A stretch of DNA of 64,000 nucleotides from Eledone cirrhosa (lineage: Eukaryota): the NCBI GenBank assembly GCA_964016885.1, contig CAXHJY010000694.1:62001-126000 (forward strand), given 5' to 3'. The translations under genes were made by a program, and so were the position numbers. A model generated the notes under the pieces. It was not told the origin of the DNA. It ran no database searches and saw nothing but the letters and a program-made list of their open reading frames with translations. Position 1 is the first letter of the stretch, and each line of letters begins with the position of its first letter. Positions 1 to 13,739 of the stretch are shown in pieces.

Positions 1-150
1 GCTTTGACGCATAGAGTTACGGTCCTTGCCATTCTGAGTTCAAATCCCGCAGAGGTTAACTTCGCCTTTCAACCTTACAGGGTCGATAAAATAAAGTACC
101 AGTAATACACTGGGATAATTGCTGGCCTTGTGCCAAAAGTAGAAACAATT
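1..150 (+). mobile_element. tRNA-derived SINE (octopus-type), cut by window edge
   Basis: B-box GAGTTCAAATCC, body 'ttcgcctttcaaccttacagggtcgataaaataaagtaccag' and 3' 'ggccttgtgccaaaagtagaaacaatt'; many related copies in the window. Confidence 0.85.
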
Positions 151-475
151 ATTTGTATGTATTATTATTGATTTTAGTTTTGACATTTTGAAATATTTTC
201 TCTTTTTTTAATTTACTTTGAAGTTGTTAATTGTTGTTAATTGTTGTTAATTGTTGTTAGTTGTTGTTAGTTGTTGTTAGTTGTTGTTAGTTGTTGTTGT
301 TAATTGTTTTAGTAATCTATCCGACTGGTAATTGCGTAAACCGTGTTCGATTCTTGCTAAACCCTTTCGTTACGATATTTTTAATGAAAGATACTGTCGA
401 TAATTTTCAAATAATTTTGAACAAAACTAAGAATTTGGAGAGATATATTTACGTACATAAATAACTTTTATCTTA

Positions 476-845
476 GGGTCTTAGGAGTAACGTTACTGGA
501 TAAAGTACGTAGCTCGGAGATCAGAGAGTCACTCCAGGTAGAACCACTACTTCTCCGAATTGAGAGATCACAGCTCCGATACTATCGGCATGTAGTTAGA
601 ATGACTAAAAAAAAAAAAAAAAAAAAAAAATCGCTGGATAGATTTTACGTGCAAAACCAGGAGACTCAGGAGAAGACTCCGAGCAAGATGGTTGGATAAC
701 ATCCGTGAGCTTGACTGGTTTTGCTTCGAATCCAGCCGGATCAGTTGGAGACGGTTGCTTCTGACAGGACCCGCTGGAAGAAGTGTTTGAGGATTCTTCC
801 CCACGATCCACTTGGGAATAAGTGAGCGAAGAACTACTACTACTA
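476..845 (+). mobile_element. 5'-truncated RTE-clade LINE 3' end (decayed)
   Basis: Translates RVLGVTLLDKVRSSEIRESLQVEPLLLRIERSQLRYYRHVVRM ... RWLDNI ... DRTRWK; ends in (CTA)n; flanked by TATCTTA at 469-475 and 844-850 (candidate TSD). Confidence 0.8.
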
Positions 846-1106
846 TCTTAAGTTGATGTTCGAAACGTTTCTTAACCCTTTCGTAGCCATATTTCTCACG
901 AAAGACGTTGCCTATGATTTATAACTAATCCCGAACATAATTAAGACTTTGGAAGGATTTTCGTTATATTACTTTCTCATTAATCAGGTGATGTTTGGAA
1001 CATAACACTGTGGTTACCATATTTTTAATGATTTTCAAATATATTCTTTTAAATAATCCAGAATTTAGAGGGAATTACTTACATAACTAGATTTTCTTAT
1101 TATTAA

Positions 1107-1324
1107 CCATTTAGCATTCAAATTACTCTGTACTTACCATTGTATTTTCACAGAAAAGGCTTTACCTCACATAATTATCTCACATAGTATCGAATCTATG
1201 AGATTTTGATATTTAGTTTGAGAACAATAGCTTAACATTAGTATGAGCAACCAGTTATGGACTGTTTGAACAGAAAGAGGTGAGAGAATTCTGGTCAGAT
1301 ATGGCCGGTTTAAATGCTAAAGGG
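1107..1324. mobile_element. piggyBac-type MITE
   Basis: TIRs CCATTTAGCATTCAAA / TTTAAATGCTAAAGGG with TTAA on both sides (1103-1106, 1325-1328); nested in an older repeat present several times in 355-1510. Confidence 0.8.
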
Positions 1325-1934
1325 TTAAGCTGGTGTTTGGGACATAACTAAAGGTTTTAATGGAATATAAATTTTTAATGATATTCTAATGGAATACAAT
1401 TTTTTTTAATGGAATATAAAAAATTTAATGAAATATAAACATTTTAAAACCGCTAGATTTATATCATGGATTCAATGGTGGTTTCAGGGGGTTTGGTATG
1501 AAAAGGGAAAAGTTCTCTCGATCCCTTTCCTTGGACACAAACACAGTGATACAATGACACAGTATTCGGTACTAACTTTACGACCTATTAAGTTTAACAA
1601 ATATTTTATGTTGGTATGTTATTGAGCTCACTGGCTCTAATGATTGACAGCAAGCTGCAAATAGGGACAATGTATAGGTACGGAGATAGGTAGGGTCAAT
1701 ACACCTGTGTTACGATTGGAAACACTCATTTATCTATTAGCCTATTTGATAAAATAGGAGGGGGAGTAAAGTACCCTTAACTGTTGATGGAATCGTAGGG
1801 ATGCCGTCCTGAAACACGACGTATATTGAACAGTTTCAACTTGGTGAAACCTATGTCTCTCCAGGTCGAAACACTGCCGATTTCTTCCAGAGGAGAGACG
1901 AAGGGAGAATGAGCCAGAGAGAGAGGAAGAACCA

Positions 1935-2392
1935 ATACTGAACTCAGAATGTAAAAGGCCGTAACTCTCTGCTGCAAAGCATGTTGTCCGATTCTCTAAC
2001 CACCATTGACACACAAGTTCAGCAACTTTTGAGGCTGAGAGCAGTATCGGTAGAGGGTCGGACGCCATGCTTTGCAGCATAGAGTTACGGCCCTTTATGG
2101 ATATGAACTGAAAATGTTTAATAATCGTTTTTGATTTAGGCACAAGGCCAGTAATTTTAAGGGGAACGGGAAAGTCGACCAAATCAACCCCAGTACGTTA
2201 CTGGTTCTTTATTTTATCGACCCCATAAGGATGAAAGGTAAAGCTAACCTAAGCGGGATTTGAACTCAGAACGTAAAGGGCCGTAGCTCCCTGCTGCGAA
2301 GCAGGGTGTCAGACACTCTACCGATTTTGCCATTCAAATAATAATAATAATGTTTCTACTTTTGGCACAAGGCCAGCAATTACCCCAGTGCA
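1935..2392. mobile_element. Cluster of tRNA-derived SINE copies (near full-length minus copy about 2125-2332, partial heads about 1935-2000 minus and 2040-2100 plus)
   Basis: Reverse complement of the 1-150 SINE: 'ttttatcgaccccataaggatgaaagg', 'gggatttgaactcagaacgtaaagggccgta'. Confidence 0.8.
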
Positions 2393-2394
2393 TA

Positions 2395-2742
2395 AGGATG
2401 ATGATGATGATAATAATTTCATTTATTGGCCACAAGGGCCGACATATAGGGACAATACAAAAGACAGGGACAGTGGGGTTTACATAAACGTGTAAACAAT
2501 ATAAATAACAATAACATAATAACAATAAAAATACAAGGAAAATTCCCCAATAGGGGAGATAACCACCCAGGGCTCACTCAAGTACCTCACCAATCCTGAA
2601 CTACCCGACGCTTCGAGAGCACCCGGGAAGGGCACCCCTCTCCTCCTCAAATTCACACACCTACAGGCGCATTATCAGAGTAGGCCCACTCACAAGGGCC
2701 ATTCTCGCCACATTCACCCACCTTTCATCAAATATACTGAGA
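2395..2742 (-). mobile_element. L1/Tx1-like LINE 3' fragment
   Basis: Minus strand reads SIFDERWVNVARMALVSGPTLIMRL*, then a 3' UTR, AATAAA and an (ATC)n tail; related to 33855-34150. Confidence 0.6.
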
Positions 2743-2880
2743 TAATTGTTTCTAGATTTGGCACAAGGCCAGCAATTATCCCAGTGTATTACTGGTACTT
2801 TATTTTATCGACCCCCGTAAGGATGAAAGGCAAAGTAAACCTCGACGGGATTTGAACTCAGACCGTAATGGGACGTTAAT
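2743..2880 (-). mobile_element. tRNA-derived SINE fragment
   Basis: Same family as 1-150, reverse orientation. Confidence 0.8.
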
Positions 2881-3169
2881 AACAACGATAATAATAAATA
2901 ATCTTGATGGCGGGCCGCATTGTGGCTGGATTATGAAGAGATGGAACGTGAGACGATGATGCAAGATGACGTGTTAATGTCAGCTGCTGGCTACAGCTGA
3001 TTGGATAAATATCGTTGACGAATCAGCACAGCATGACAGTCGCCATTGTTATAACTTCTTCTCCCTCCCTCTGTCCCCAACACACATTCTCTTTCTTTCT
3101 CCATCACAATCACTTTTATCTATTATTTTATGCACATTTATTGATAAAGTTGCTCAATTAATTAGCTAT

Positions 3170-3235
3170 GCTGTATACACATACATACATAAATATGTGT
3201 GTATATATATATATATATATATGTATGTATATATA

Positions 3236-3269
<34 letters not shown>

Positions 3270-3357
3270 CGTACGTGTGTGTGTGTATACATTCATTATT
3301 GAGTGCTTTGTTCAGTTAATAATTGTTGCTTTTGCACATTTAACAGCAATCATGCTA

Positions 3358-3431
<74 letters not shown>

Positions 3432-3759
3432 CTATAGACGTATAAACTTTACCAGGGAATGCACGCAGCCACAATCATGTGTATGTATGTATGTATGTAC
3501 TTATATATATATATATATATGTATGTACGTATATATATATATGTATCTATCTATCTATATATATATTTGTATGTACATATATATGTATATATATATATAT
3601 TTGTATGTATGTAAATATATATATATATTTGTATGTATGTAAATATGTATATATATATATATTTGTATGTATGTAAATATATATATATATTTGTATGTAT
3701 GTAAATATATATATATATATATATATTTGTATGGATATATATATATATATTTGTATGTA

Positions 3760-3799
<40 letters not shown>

Positions 3800-4121
3800 C
3801 ATACATAAATACACATTGTGACATTTACAGAACAACCTCTACTGTTGTTTTCAAGAGAAAGGGGCTGGAGGGATGGGAGGAGAACTTTTAATAGTATTTC
3901 TATTATTTTCGTTTTTTCTTATTTCTTTTAAAGATATTTTTTTATCTGATCTTCATTTCTTCTCGTAGAAGAGTGTCTTTAACCTTTCTTCCACGGGACC
4001 ACACAGACTACACTCACCTAGTAGTAGGGACCACACATTGTATTCACAATACAAACATCTACTTGAGAAAGGACCTTTTAAAAATTATATATATATGTAT
4101 GTATGTGTGTGTATGTATATA

Positions 4122-4152
<31 letters not shown>

Positions 4153-4265
4153 GTTAAAAAGGACCACACACACACGTACAGATATATATATATATATATT
4201 TCTGTGTATTCATATGCATGTATATATATATATGCATGTGTATGTATGTATGTATGTATGTGTGT

Positions 4266-4299
<34 letters not shown>

Positions 4300-5054
4300 G
4301 TATGTATGTATATGTATATATATGTATGTATATGTATGTATGTATGTATATGTATGTATATGTATGTATGTATGTATATATATGTATGTATGTATATATA
4401 TGTATGTATGTATATATATGTATGTATGTATATGTATGTATGTATATGTATGTATGTATATGTATGTATATGTATGTGTATGTGTATGTATGTATATGTA
4501 TGTATGTATATGTATGTATATGTATGTGTATGTATGTGTATGTATATGTATGTGTATGTATGTATATGTATGTGTATGTATATGTATGTATGTGTATGTA
4601 TATGTATGTATGTGTATGTATATGTATGTATGTGTATATATGTGTATGTATATATATATATATGTGTATATATATGTGTATATGTATATATATATGTGTA
4701 TATATATGTGTATATGTATATATATATGTATATATATATGTATATATATGTATATATATATGTATATATATGTGTGTATATGTGTATATATGTGAATGTG
4801 TATATATGTATATGTATATATATGTGTATATATATGTGTATATATATGTGTATATATATGTGTATATATATATGTATATATATATGTATATATATATGTA
4901 TATATATATGTATATATATATGTATATGTATATATGTATATGTATATATGTATATATATGTATATGTATATATGTATATGTATATATGTATATGTATATA
5001 TGTATATATGTATATGTATATATGTATATATGTATATGTATATATGTATATATG

Positions 5055-5086
<32 letters not shown>

Positions 5087-5133
5087 TATATATATATATA
5101 TGTATGTATATATGTATGTATATATGTATATAT

Positions 5134-5173
<40 letters not shown>

Positions 5174-5294
5174 GTGTATATATATGTGTATATATATGTG
5201 TGTATATATATGTGTGTATATATATGTGTGTATATATATGTGTATATATATATATGTATATATATATATGTATATATGTATATGTATATATGTA
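3170..5294. repeat. (TA)n/(TATG)n/(CA)n microsatellite fields
   Basis: Direct inspection; source of the spurious YIYMCV ORFs. Confidence 0.95.
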
Positions 5295-7571
5295 TACTCT
5301 TTTACTCTTTTACCTGTTTCAGCCATCCGGCTGAGGCCATGCTGGGGCACCGCCCTTGTTGCTACACATTTTATCTCCAGCCTGTATAGGTTGGCCACTG
5401 GTGTAGGAGGGAGTTTGTTGCTGCTGCCCTTAGGTTTCCCTCGTGTCTTGCTGTGGGCTCATCCGGGATCCTGGATAACAAGGTGTCGAGATGTTTCTTA
5501 AAGACATCCACCTCCACGTCATGCAAGTCTCGCAGATGCCTCGGCAGCCTGTTGAAGAGTTGAGGGTCCTTGAATCCCAGGCTATTGCAATACCTGCTCC
5601 TTATTCTAGATGTGGAAGACGGGACCTTTGGCACCACACAGTGACGTCCTGTTCGACGGTTGGTCCAGCTCCCAATGCCAAAGTTTGGTGCTAGTCCCTC
5701 CAGGATTTTCCACATGTAGATCACTGCGTATCTCTCCCGTCTTCGCTCCAAGGAGTAGAGGTTCAGTTCCTTCAGCCTCTCCCAGTAGCTTGTCTCCCTC
5801 ATCTTGGCAATCCTCTTGGTGTAGCTTCGCTGGATTGCCTCAAGCTCTGTGGTTAGTTTGACACTATGGGGTGACCACAGCTGGGAGCAGTAGTCCAGGC
5901 GGCTTAGGACAAAAGTCCTCCACAGTGTCAACATGGTGTCTCGATCTCTTGTAAGGAAAGTCCTCAAGATCCAGCCAGCGAATCGTCTACATGCTGTCGC
6001 CACCTTCATGATGTGTGAAGAAAAAGATGCATCATCGCTCATGTCTATGCCCAGGTCTCGTATCGATTTTGACACGGGGATATCGGTCCCTCCTGGTCCT
6101 GTGTAGCTGTGTTCCGCTATATTTGTGTTTGTGTTTGCAGGTTTGTATTGTAGGGCTTGGAATTTGCCAGCATTAAACTGCATGTTGTTTTCTTCCGCCC
6201 ATCTGTATATGGCATCCAGATCCTGCTGTAAGAGGGCAGCGTCAGCCGGGTTTTTGATTGCCTGTGCTACCTTAGTGTCATCAGCATAGCTAGTGAGGGA
6301 TGTTGTTGCATGCACCACAGAGGGCATGTCCGAGAGAGCCACCAAAAACAGTAGTGGTCCCAGGACTGTCCCCTGAGGCACCCCACTTGTTATCGGTGTT
6401 TCCCTCGAGAGGGCCCCATTTGCTGCGACTGCCTGGCTTCTGTCCCTTAGGAAGCCATGCAGCCACTCACCTACTTTTCCAGTTATGCCGAGTCCGTGTA
6501 GTTTGTGACATATCATTCCGTGGTCGACCTTGTCAAAGGCCTTCGCAAAGTCAAGATATATCACGTCTACATGTGAGCTGTCTAGTAGTTGTCTCAGTAC
6601 CCAGTCGTAGTGATGTAGCAGCTGTGTAAGGCAGCTTCTTCCTGGGCGGAAGCCATGTTGCGTACTAGTCAGGCGGTCATTTTCTTCGAGGAAAGTGATT
6701 AGTTTCTTTCTGACGACTCGCTCCATGACCTTACTGATATGCGACGTCAGGGAGACTGGCCTATAGTTCTTGGCCTCCGCTCTACTACCTCCTTTATGGA
6801 TAGGGCATATTGTGCCTTCTTTCAGCTCCCTGGGTAGTACACCGCTAGCCAAGGAGCTTCTGAAGAGCATCTTCAGTGGAGTTGCTAAGGCCCGCTTACA
6901 TATTTTTAGGAGAACTGCTGGGAATCCATCAGGTCCAGCAGCCGAGTCTGTTCTAATTTCATCAATGGCGTACACCACATCCTCCTCCGTTATGTCTATG
7001 TGGTTGATGGTTGCCATTTCTTGATGTAGTGTTGTGGCATCAAAGAACTCCTCTGGCTTCGTTATTTGCATGTGCCTCAGTGGACATGTGAAGACACTTT
7101 TGTACTGTTCGTTCAGTATTTCACATATCTCTTGGGGATTTTCGGTTAATGAACCGTCCGTGTGTAAGAGTGGTCCAATCTTGCAGTGTACTGAGGCAGT
7201 TTCTTTTGCAAATTTAAAGAAGGCCTTAGGGTTTGTTTTAATGTTTTCTATGGCCCTGTTCTCTTTCCTTGCCCTCTCATTCTCACGTGAAAGCTTGAGT
7301 GCAATCTCGGTGTCAAGTAGTGCACGTTTCAAATAGGATTCCTTCTTGTTTTGGTTTTGTTGACTATTCAACTGGTTTGAGAGTTTAGTTCTACGTCTCA
7401 TAAGGATTTTCCTATCTCTGGGAATAAGATTTTTGTGTCTGTTTGCCTCTTTCTCCGGGACACACTTTTTGCATATGGTGTGTATCGTTGTCATGAAGTG
7501 TTGAAATTGTGTGTTGGTGTCTTGTGTGGCGATGTTTGCACTCCATGTTTGCTTCCGGATTTCACTCTTAG
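5295..7571 (-). mobile_element. CR1-clade LINE, 5'-truncated, young
   Basis: Uninterrupted RT frame, short 3' UTR and (TAAAAGAG)2 tail abutting (TA)n. Confidence 0.92.
5371..7571 (-). CDS. Non-LTR reverse transcriptase (ORF2 lacking the N-terminal APE endonuclease)
   Basis: Motifs [66 protein letters not shown]. The first ~23 aa of the listed 756-aa ORF are read-through from the inverted copy. Confidence 0.9.
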
Positions 7572-8843
7572 ACATGTAGACGTGATATATCTTGACTTTG
7601 CGAAGGCCTTTGACAAGGTCGACCACGGAATGATATGTCACAAACTACACGGACTCGGCATAACTGGAAAAGTAGGTGAGTGGCTGCATGGCTTCCTAAG
7701 GGACAGAAGCTAGGCAGTCGCAGCAAATGGGGCCCTCTCGAGGGAAACACCGATAACAAGTGGGGTGCCCCAGGGGACAGTCCTGGGACCACTACTGTTT
7801 TTGGTGGCTCTCTCGGGCATGCCCTCTGTGGTGCATGCAACAACATCCCTCACTAGCTATGCTGATGACACTAAGGTAGCACAGGCAATCAAAAACCCGG
7901 CTGACGCTGCCCTCTTACAGCAGGATCTGGATGCCATATACAGATGGGCGGAAGAAAACAACATACAGTTTAATGCTGGCAAATTCCAAGCCCTACAATA
8001 CAAACCTGCAAACACAAACACAAATATAGCGGAACACAGCTACACAGGACCAGGAGGGACCGATATCCCCGTGTCAAAATCGATACGAGACCTGGGCATA
8101 GACATGAGCGATGATGCATCTTTTTCTTCACACATCATGAAGGTGGCGACAGCATGTAGACGATTCGCTGGCTGGATCTTGAGGACTTTCCTTACAAGAG
8201 ATCGAGACACCATGTTGACACTGTGGAGGACTTTTGTCCTAAGCCGCCTGGACTACTGCTCCCAGCTGTGGTCACCCCATAGTGTCAAACTAACCACGGA
8301 GCTTGAGGCAATCCAGCGAAGCTACACCAAGAGGATTGCCAAGATGAGGGAGACAAGCTACTGGGAGAGGCTAAATGAACTGAACCTCTACTCCTTGGAG
8401 CGAAGACGGGAGAGATACGCAGTGATCTACATGTGGAAAATCCTGGAGGGACTAGCACCAAACTTTGGCATTGGGAGCTGGACCAACCGTCGAACAGGAC
8501 GTCACTGTGTGGTGCCAAAGGTCCCGTCTTCCACATCTAGAATAAGGAGCAGGTATTGCAATAGCCTGGGTTTCAAGGGCCCTCAACTCTTCAACAGGCT
8601 GCCGAGGCATCTGCGAGACTTGCATGACGTGGAGGTGGATGTCTTTAAGAAACATCTCGACACCTTGTTATCCAGGATCCCGGATGAGCCCACAGCAAGA
8701 CACGAGGGAAACCTAAGGGCAGCAGCAACAAACTCCCTCCTACACCAGTGGCCAACCTATACAGGCTGGAGATAAAATGTGTAGCAACAAGGGCGGTGCC
8801 CCAGCATGGCCTCAGCCGGATGGCTGAAACAGGTAAAAGAGTA
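7572..8843 (+). mobile_element. Second CR1-clade LINE copy, inverted, more truncated, with an in-frame TAG at 7711
   Basis: Reverse complement of about 5303-6574 with about 9 substitutions; single TAAAAGAG tail running into (TA)n. Confidence 0.92.
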
Positions 8844-9395
8844 TGTATATATATACATATATGTATATATATATACATATATGTATGTATATATATACAT
8901 ATATGTATATATATATACATATATGTATATATATATATACATATATGTATATATATATATATACATATATGTATATATATATATACATATATGTATATAT
9001 ATATATACATATATGTATATATATATATACATATATGTATATATATATATACATATATATATATATACATATATGTATATATATATATACATATATGTAT
9101 ATATATATACATATATGTATATATATATACATATATGTATATATATATACATGTATGTATATATATACACATGTATGTATATATATACACATGTATGTAT
9201 ATATATACACATGTATATATATACATATATATGTATATATATACATATATGTGTATATATATACATATATGTGTATATATATACATATATGTGTATATAT
9301 ATACATATATGTGTATATATATACATATATGTGTATATATATACATATATGTGTATATATATATGTATATATATGTATGTATGTATGTATGTTGT

Positions 9396-9957
9396 GTCAG
9401 GTCACCAGTTGGTGCTACTGGTAACATGTATCCGAGTACAACCTGTCCCATGGTCGGGTCGTTGGCGACTAAACTGGCAACCCCACCAAGGTTTCTTGGT
9501 GAGGAGGGTGACTTTGGACATCCTGCAGGATTAAAAACAAAACCTGTCAAAGGGCAAAGGAGCTCTTAAGAGTCAATGGCCATCCAAAATCACTGGGAGA
9601 GATGACCCCTTAGCCTTTGTCAAGGCAGAATTCTAGGAGAAGGAAAACTCTGATATAACACCTGCAACCCTGATGGTTAAGAGAGTGGGACTGGCTTTGT
9701 GCAGTGCCTTTGCTCACTATAAAAGCTTCACGGCACAGGCATTGCTTTATATCTGGAGATCTCTCTGCACTTGTCGTCACATGGTACCATGGGCCCAGCA
9801 CTATGTGTCAATAATTGTCACAGGTGTAGTGTTTGTACCAGAGTTTTCAAGTCGCTGGCTGGACTAAAAAGTCACACTCGTTCAGCGCATTGGTAGGGGT
9901 TCTCCTACATGGATATAAAGTAGTGGCCGTACTCGAAAACGAGTTGGCAGCCACCAT
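9396..9957 (+). mobile_element. Non-autonomous RTE-derived element, copy 1 (about 50-bp internal deletion)
   Basis: Near-identical to 11161-11773; 3' part encodes a C2H2 finger [22 protein letters not shown]; deletion at a TGGT microhomology. Confidence 0.75.
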
Positions 9958-10250
9958 GTATGTATGTATATATGTATGTATGTATATATGTATGTATATA
10001 TGTATGTATATATGTATGTGTATATGTATATGTGTATATATATGTGTATATATGTATATATATATGTGTGTATATATGTATATATATATGTGTGTATATA
10101 TGTATATATATATATATATATGTGTGTATATATGTATATATATATATATATATATGTTTGTATATATGTATATATATATGTGTGTATATATATATATATG
10201 TATATATATGTATATATGTATATGTATATATGTATATATATATATGTATG

Positions 10251-10281
<31 letters not shown>

Positions 10282-10282
10282 G

Positions 10283-10315
<33 letters not shown>

Positions 10316-10320
10316 GTATG

Positions 10321-10384
<64 letters not shown>

Positions 10385-10389
10385 CATAC

Positions 10390-10424
<35 letters not shown>

Positions 10425-10451
10425 ATGTATATATATATATATATATGTATG

Positions 10452-10502
<51 letters not shown>

Positions 10503-10623
10503 GTATATATATGTATGTATGTATGTATATATATATGTATGTATGTATATATATATGTATGTATGTATATATGTATGTATGTATGTATGTATATGTATGT
10601 ATATATATATGTATGTATGTATG

Positions 10624-10655
<32 letters not shown>

Positions 10656-10665
10656 TGTATGTATG

Positions 10666-10696
<31 letters not shown>

Positions 10697-11160
10697 ATAT
10701 ATATATGTATGTATGTATATATATATATATGTATGTATGTATGTATGTATATATATATGTATGTATGTATGTATATATATATGTATGTATGTATATATAT
10801 ATGTATGTATGTATGTATATATATATGTATGTATGTATATATATATGTATGTATGTATGTATATATATATGTATGTATGTATGTATATATATATGTATGT
10901 ATGTATGTATATATATATGTATGTATGTATATATATATGTATGTATGTATATATATATGTATGTATGTATGTATATATATATGTATGTATGTATGTATAT
11001 ATATATGTATGTATGTATGTATATATGTATGTATGTATGTATATATATATGTATGTATGTATATATGTATGTATGTATATATGTATGTATGTATGTATGT
11101 ATATATATATGTATGTATGTATGTATGTATATATGTATGTATGTATGTATATATATTTAT

Positions 11161-11773
11161 GTCAGGTCACCAGTTGGTGCTACTGGTAACATGTATCCCA
11201 GTACAACCTCTCCCATGGTCGGGTCGTTGGCGACTAAACTGGCAACCCCACCAAGGTTTCTTGGTGAGGAGGGTGACTTTGGACATCCTGCAGGACTAAA
11301 AACAAAACCTGTCAAAGGGCAAAGGAGCTCTTAAGAGTCAATGGCCATCCAAAATCAACGGGAGAGATGACCCCTTAGCCTTTGTCAAGGCAGAATTCTA
11401 GGAGAAGGAAAACTCTGATATAACACCTGCAACCCTGATGGTATCCAATGATGTTGACTTGTTCTTCTTTTTGGTAAATATCATCTTGGTTAAGAGAGTG
11501 GGACTGGCTTTGTGCAGTGCCTTTGCTCACTATAAAAGCTTCACGGCACAGGCATTGCTTTATATCTGGAGATCTCTCTGCACTTGTCGTCACATGGTAC
11601 CATGGGCCCAGCACTATGTGTCAGTAATTGTCACAAGTGTAGTGTTTGTACCAGAGTTTTCAAGTCGCTGGCTGGACTAAAAAGTCACACTCGTTCAGCG
11701 CATCGGTAGGGGTTCTCCTACATGGATATAAAGTAGTGGCCGTACTCGAAAACGAGTTGGCAGCCACCACCAT
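11161..11773 (+). mobile_element. Non-autonomous RTE-derived element, copy 2
   Basis: About 610 bp, same 5' end as copy 1, C2H2 finger at 11638-11709, ends 'ggccgtactcgaaaacgagttggcagccaccaccat' into TA repeats. Confidence 0.75.
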
Positions 11774-11774
11774 A

Positions 11775-11840
<66 letters not shown>

Positions 11841-12312
11841 TGTATATATATATATGTATGTATATATATATATATATGTATGTATGTATGTATATATATG
11901 TATGTATGTATGTATATATATATATGTATGTATGCATATATATATATGTATGTATATATATATATATATGTATGTATGTATGTATATATATATATGTATG
12001 TATATATATATATGTATGTATGTATATATATATATGTGTATGTATATATATGTGTATGTATATATGTGTATGTATATATATATATGTGTATATGTATATA
12101 TATGTATATGTATATATATGTATGTATATATGTGTATGTGTATATATGTGTATGTATATATATGTGTATGTATATATATATATACATATATATATATATA
12201 CACATGTATATATATATGTATATATATACATACATATGCATATATGTATATATACATATATATATATACACATGTATATATATATGTATATATATATATA
12301 CATACATATGTA

Positions 12313-12367
<55 letters not shown>

Positions 12368-12376
12368 GTATATATG

Positions 12377-12430
<54 letters not shown>

Positions 12431-12449
12431 CATGTACATGTATATGTAT

Positions 12450-12775
12450 ATATTGTTATACATGGGGAGGGTAATATTGCCAGAATTAATAACAGAGCAG
12501 ATGTGCAACGAAAGATTTATGATAAACTATATATATGTGTTTGTGTCTATATTGTATCTGTATTATTTTTGACCGTCGGTCAGTCTATGGCAACATTGAG
12601 GACCGAGTAAGTTAGATACCGATATAAAAGACACAGAAGCGAGAAGCGAAAACCAACCAAACAGTGAGTGTGTTCTGTTATTAATTCTGGCAATATTACA
12701 CAAATATGACCCTCCCCAAGTATAACAATATTTGTTTCGACACACGATTTCATATAAAAAACCTCGCAAAACTAA
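12450..12775. repeat. Inverted repeat with one-sided tail embedded in (TA)n
   Basis: 12450-12495 is the reverse complement of 12674-12731 (one indel); extra ~45 nt only on the right side. Confidence 0.75.
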
Positions 12776-12920
12776 TATATGTATATATATATATACATAT
12801 ATATACACATGTATATATATATATGTATATGTATACATATATATGTCTATGTATACATATATATATATGTATATGTATACATATATATATATACATGTAT
12901 ATATATAAGTATATGTATAC

Positions 12921-12952
<32 letters not shown>

Positions 12953-12953
12953 G

Positions 12954-13036
<83 letters not shown>

Positions 13037-13048
13037 ATATATATGTAA

Positions 13049-13626
13049 ATGTATCCCAGTACAACCCGTCTCATGGTCGGGTCGTTGGCGACTAAACTGG
13101 CAACCCCACTAAGGTTTTTTGGTGAGGAGGGTGACTTTGGACATCCTGCAGGACTAAAAACAAAACCTGTTAAAGGGCAAAGGAGCTCTTAAGAGTCAAT
13201 GGCCATCCAAAATAACCGGGAGAGATGACCCCTTAGCCTTTGTCAAGGCAGAATTCTAGGAGAAGGAAAACTCTGATATAACACCTGCAACCCTGATGGT
13301 ATCCAATGATGTTGACTTGTTCTTCTTTTTGGTAAATATCATCTTGGTTAAGAGAGTGGGACTGGCTTTGTACACTGCCTTTGCTCACTATAAAAGCTTC
13401 ACAGCACAGGCATTGCTTTATATCTGGAGATCTCTCTGCACTTGTCATCACATGGTACCATGGGCCCAGCACTATGTGTCAATAATTGTCACAGGTGTAG
13501 TGTTTGTACCAGAGTTTTCAAGTCGCTGGCTGGACTAAAAAGTCACACTCGTTCAGCGCATCGGTAGGGGTTCTCCTACTTGGATATAAAGTAGTGGCCG
13601 TGTTCGAAAACGAGTTGGCAGCCACC

Positions 13627-13628
<2 letters not shown>
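13049..13628 (+). mobile_element. Non-autonomous RTE-derived element, copy 3 (5' ~30 nt missing)
   Basis: Near-identical to copy 2. Confidence 0.75.
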
Positions 13629-13666
<38 letters not shown>

Positions 13667-13739
13667 AGATCAAAAGATGGTTAAAAGATGGTTAAAAGAG
13701 TTCCATGTATTTTATTATGCGCATTTTATTATTCCATGT

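Noticed and set aside
1775-1810. Possible small minus-strand exon (ttcag|GACGGC...AAGG|gtac)
   Set aside because: Only splice-like dinucleotides; no recognisable protein and no partner exons
2900-3060. Promoter-like motifs (ATTGG, CGCCAT)
   Set aside because: Short motifs expected by chance; no linked gene
7572-7641. N-terminus of the 756-aa RT ORF
   Set aside because: Antisense read-through from the inverted LINE copy, not a real start
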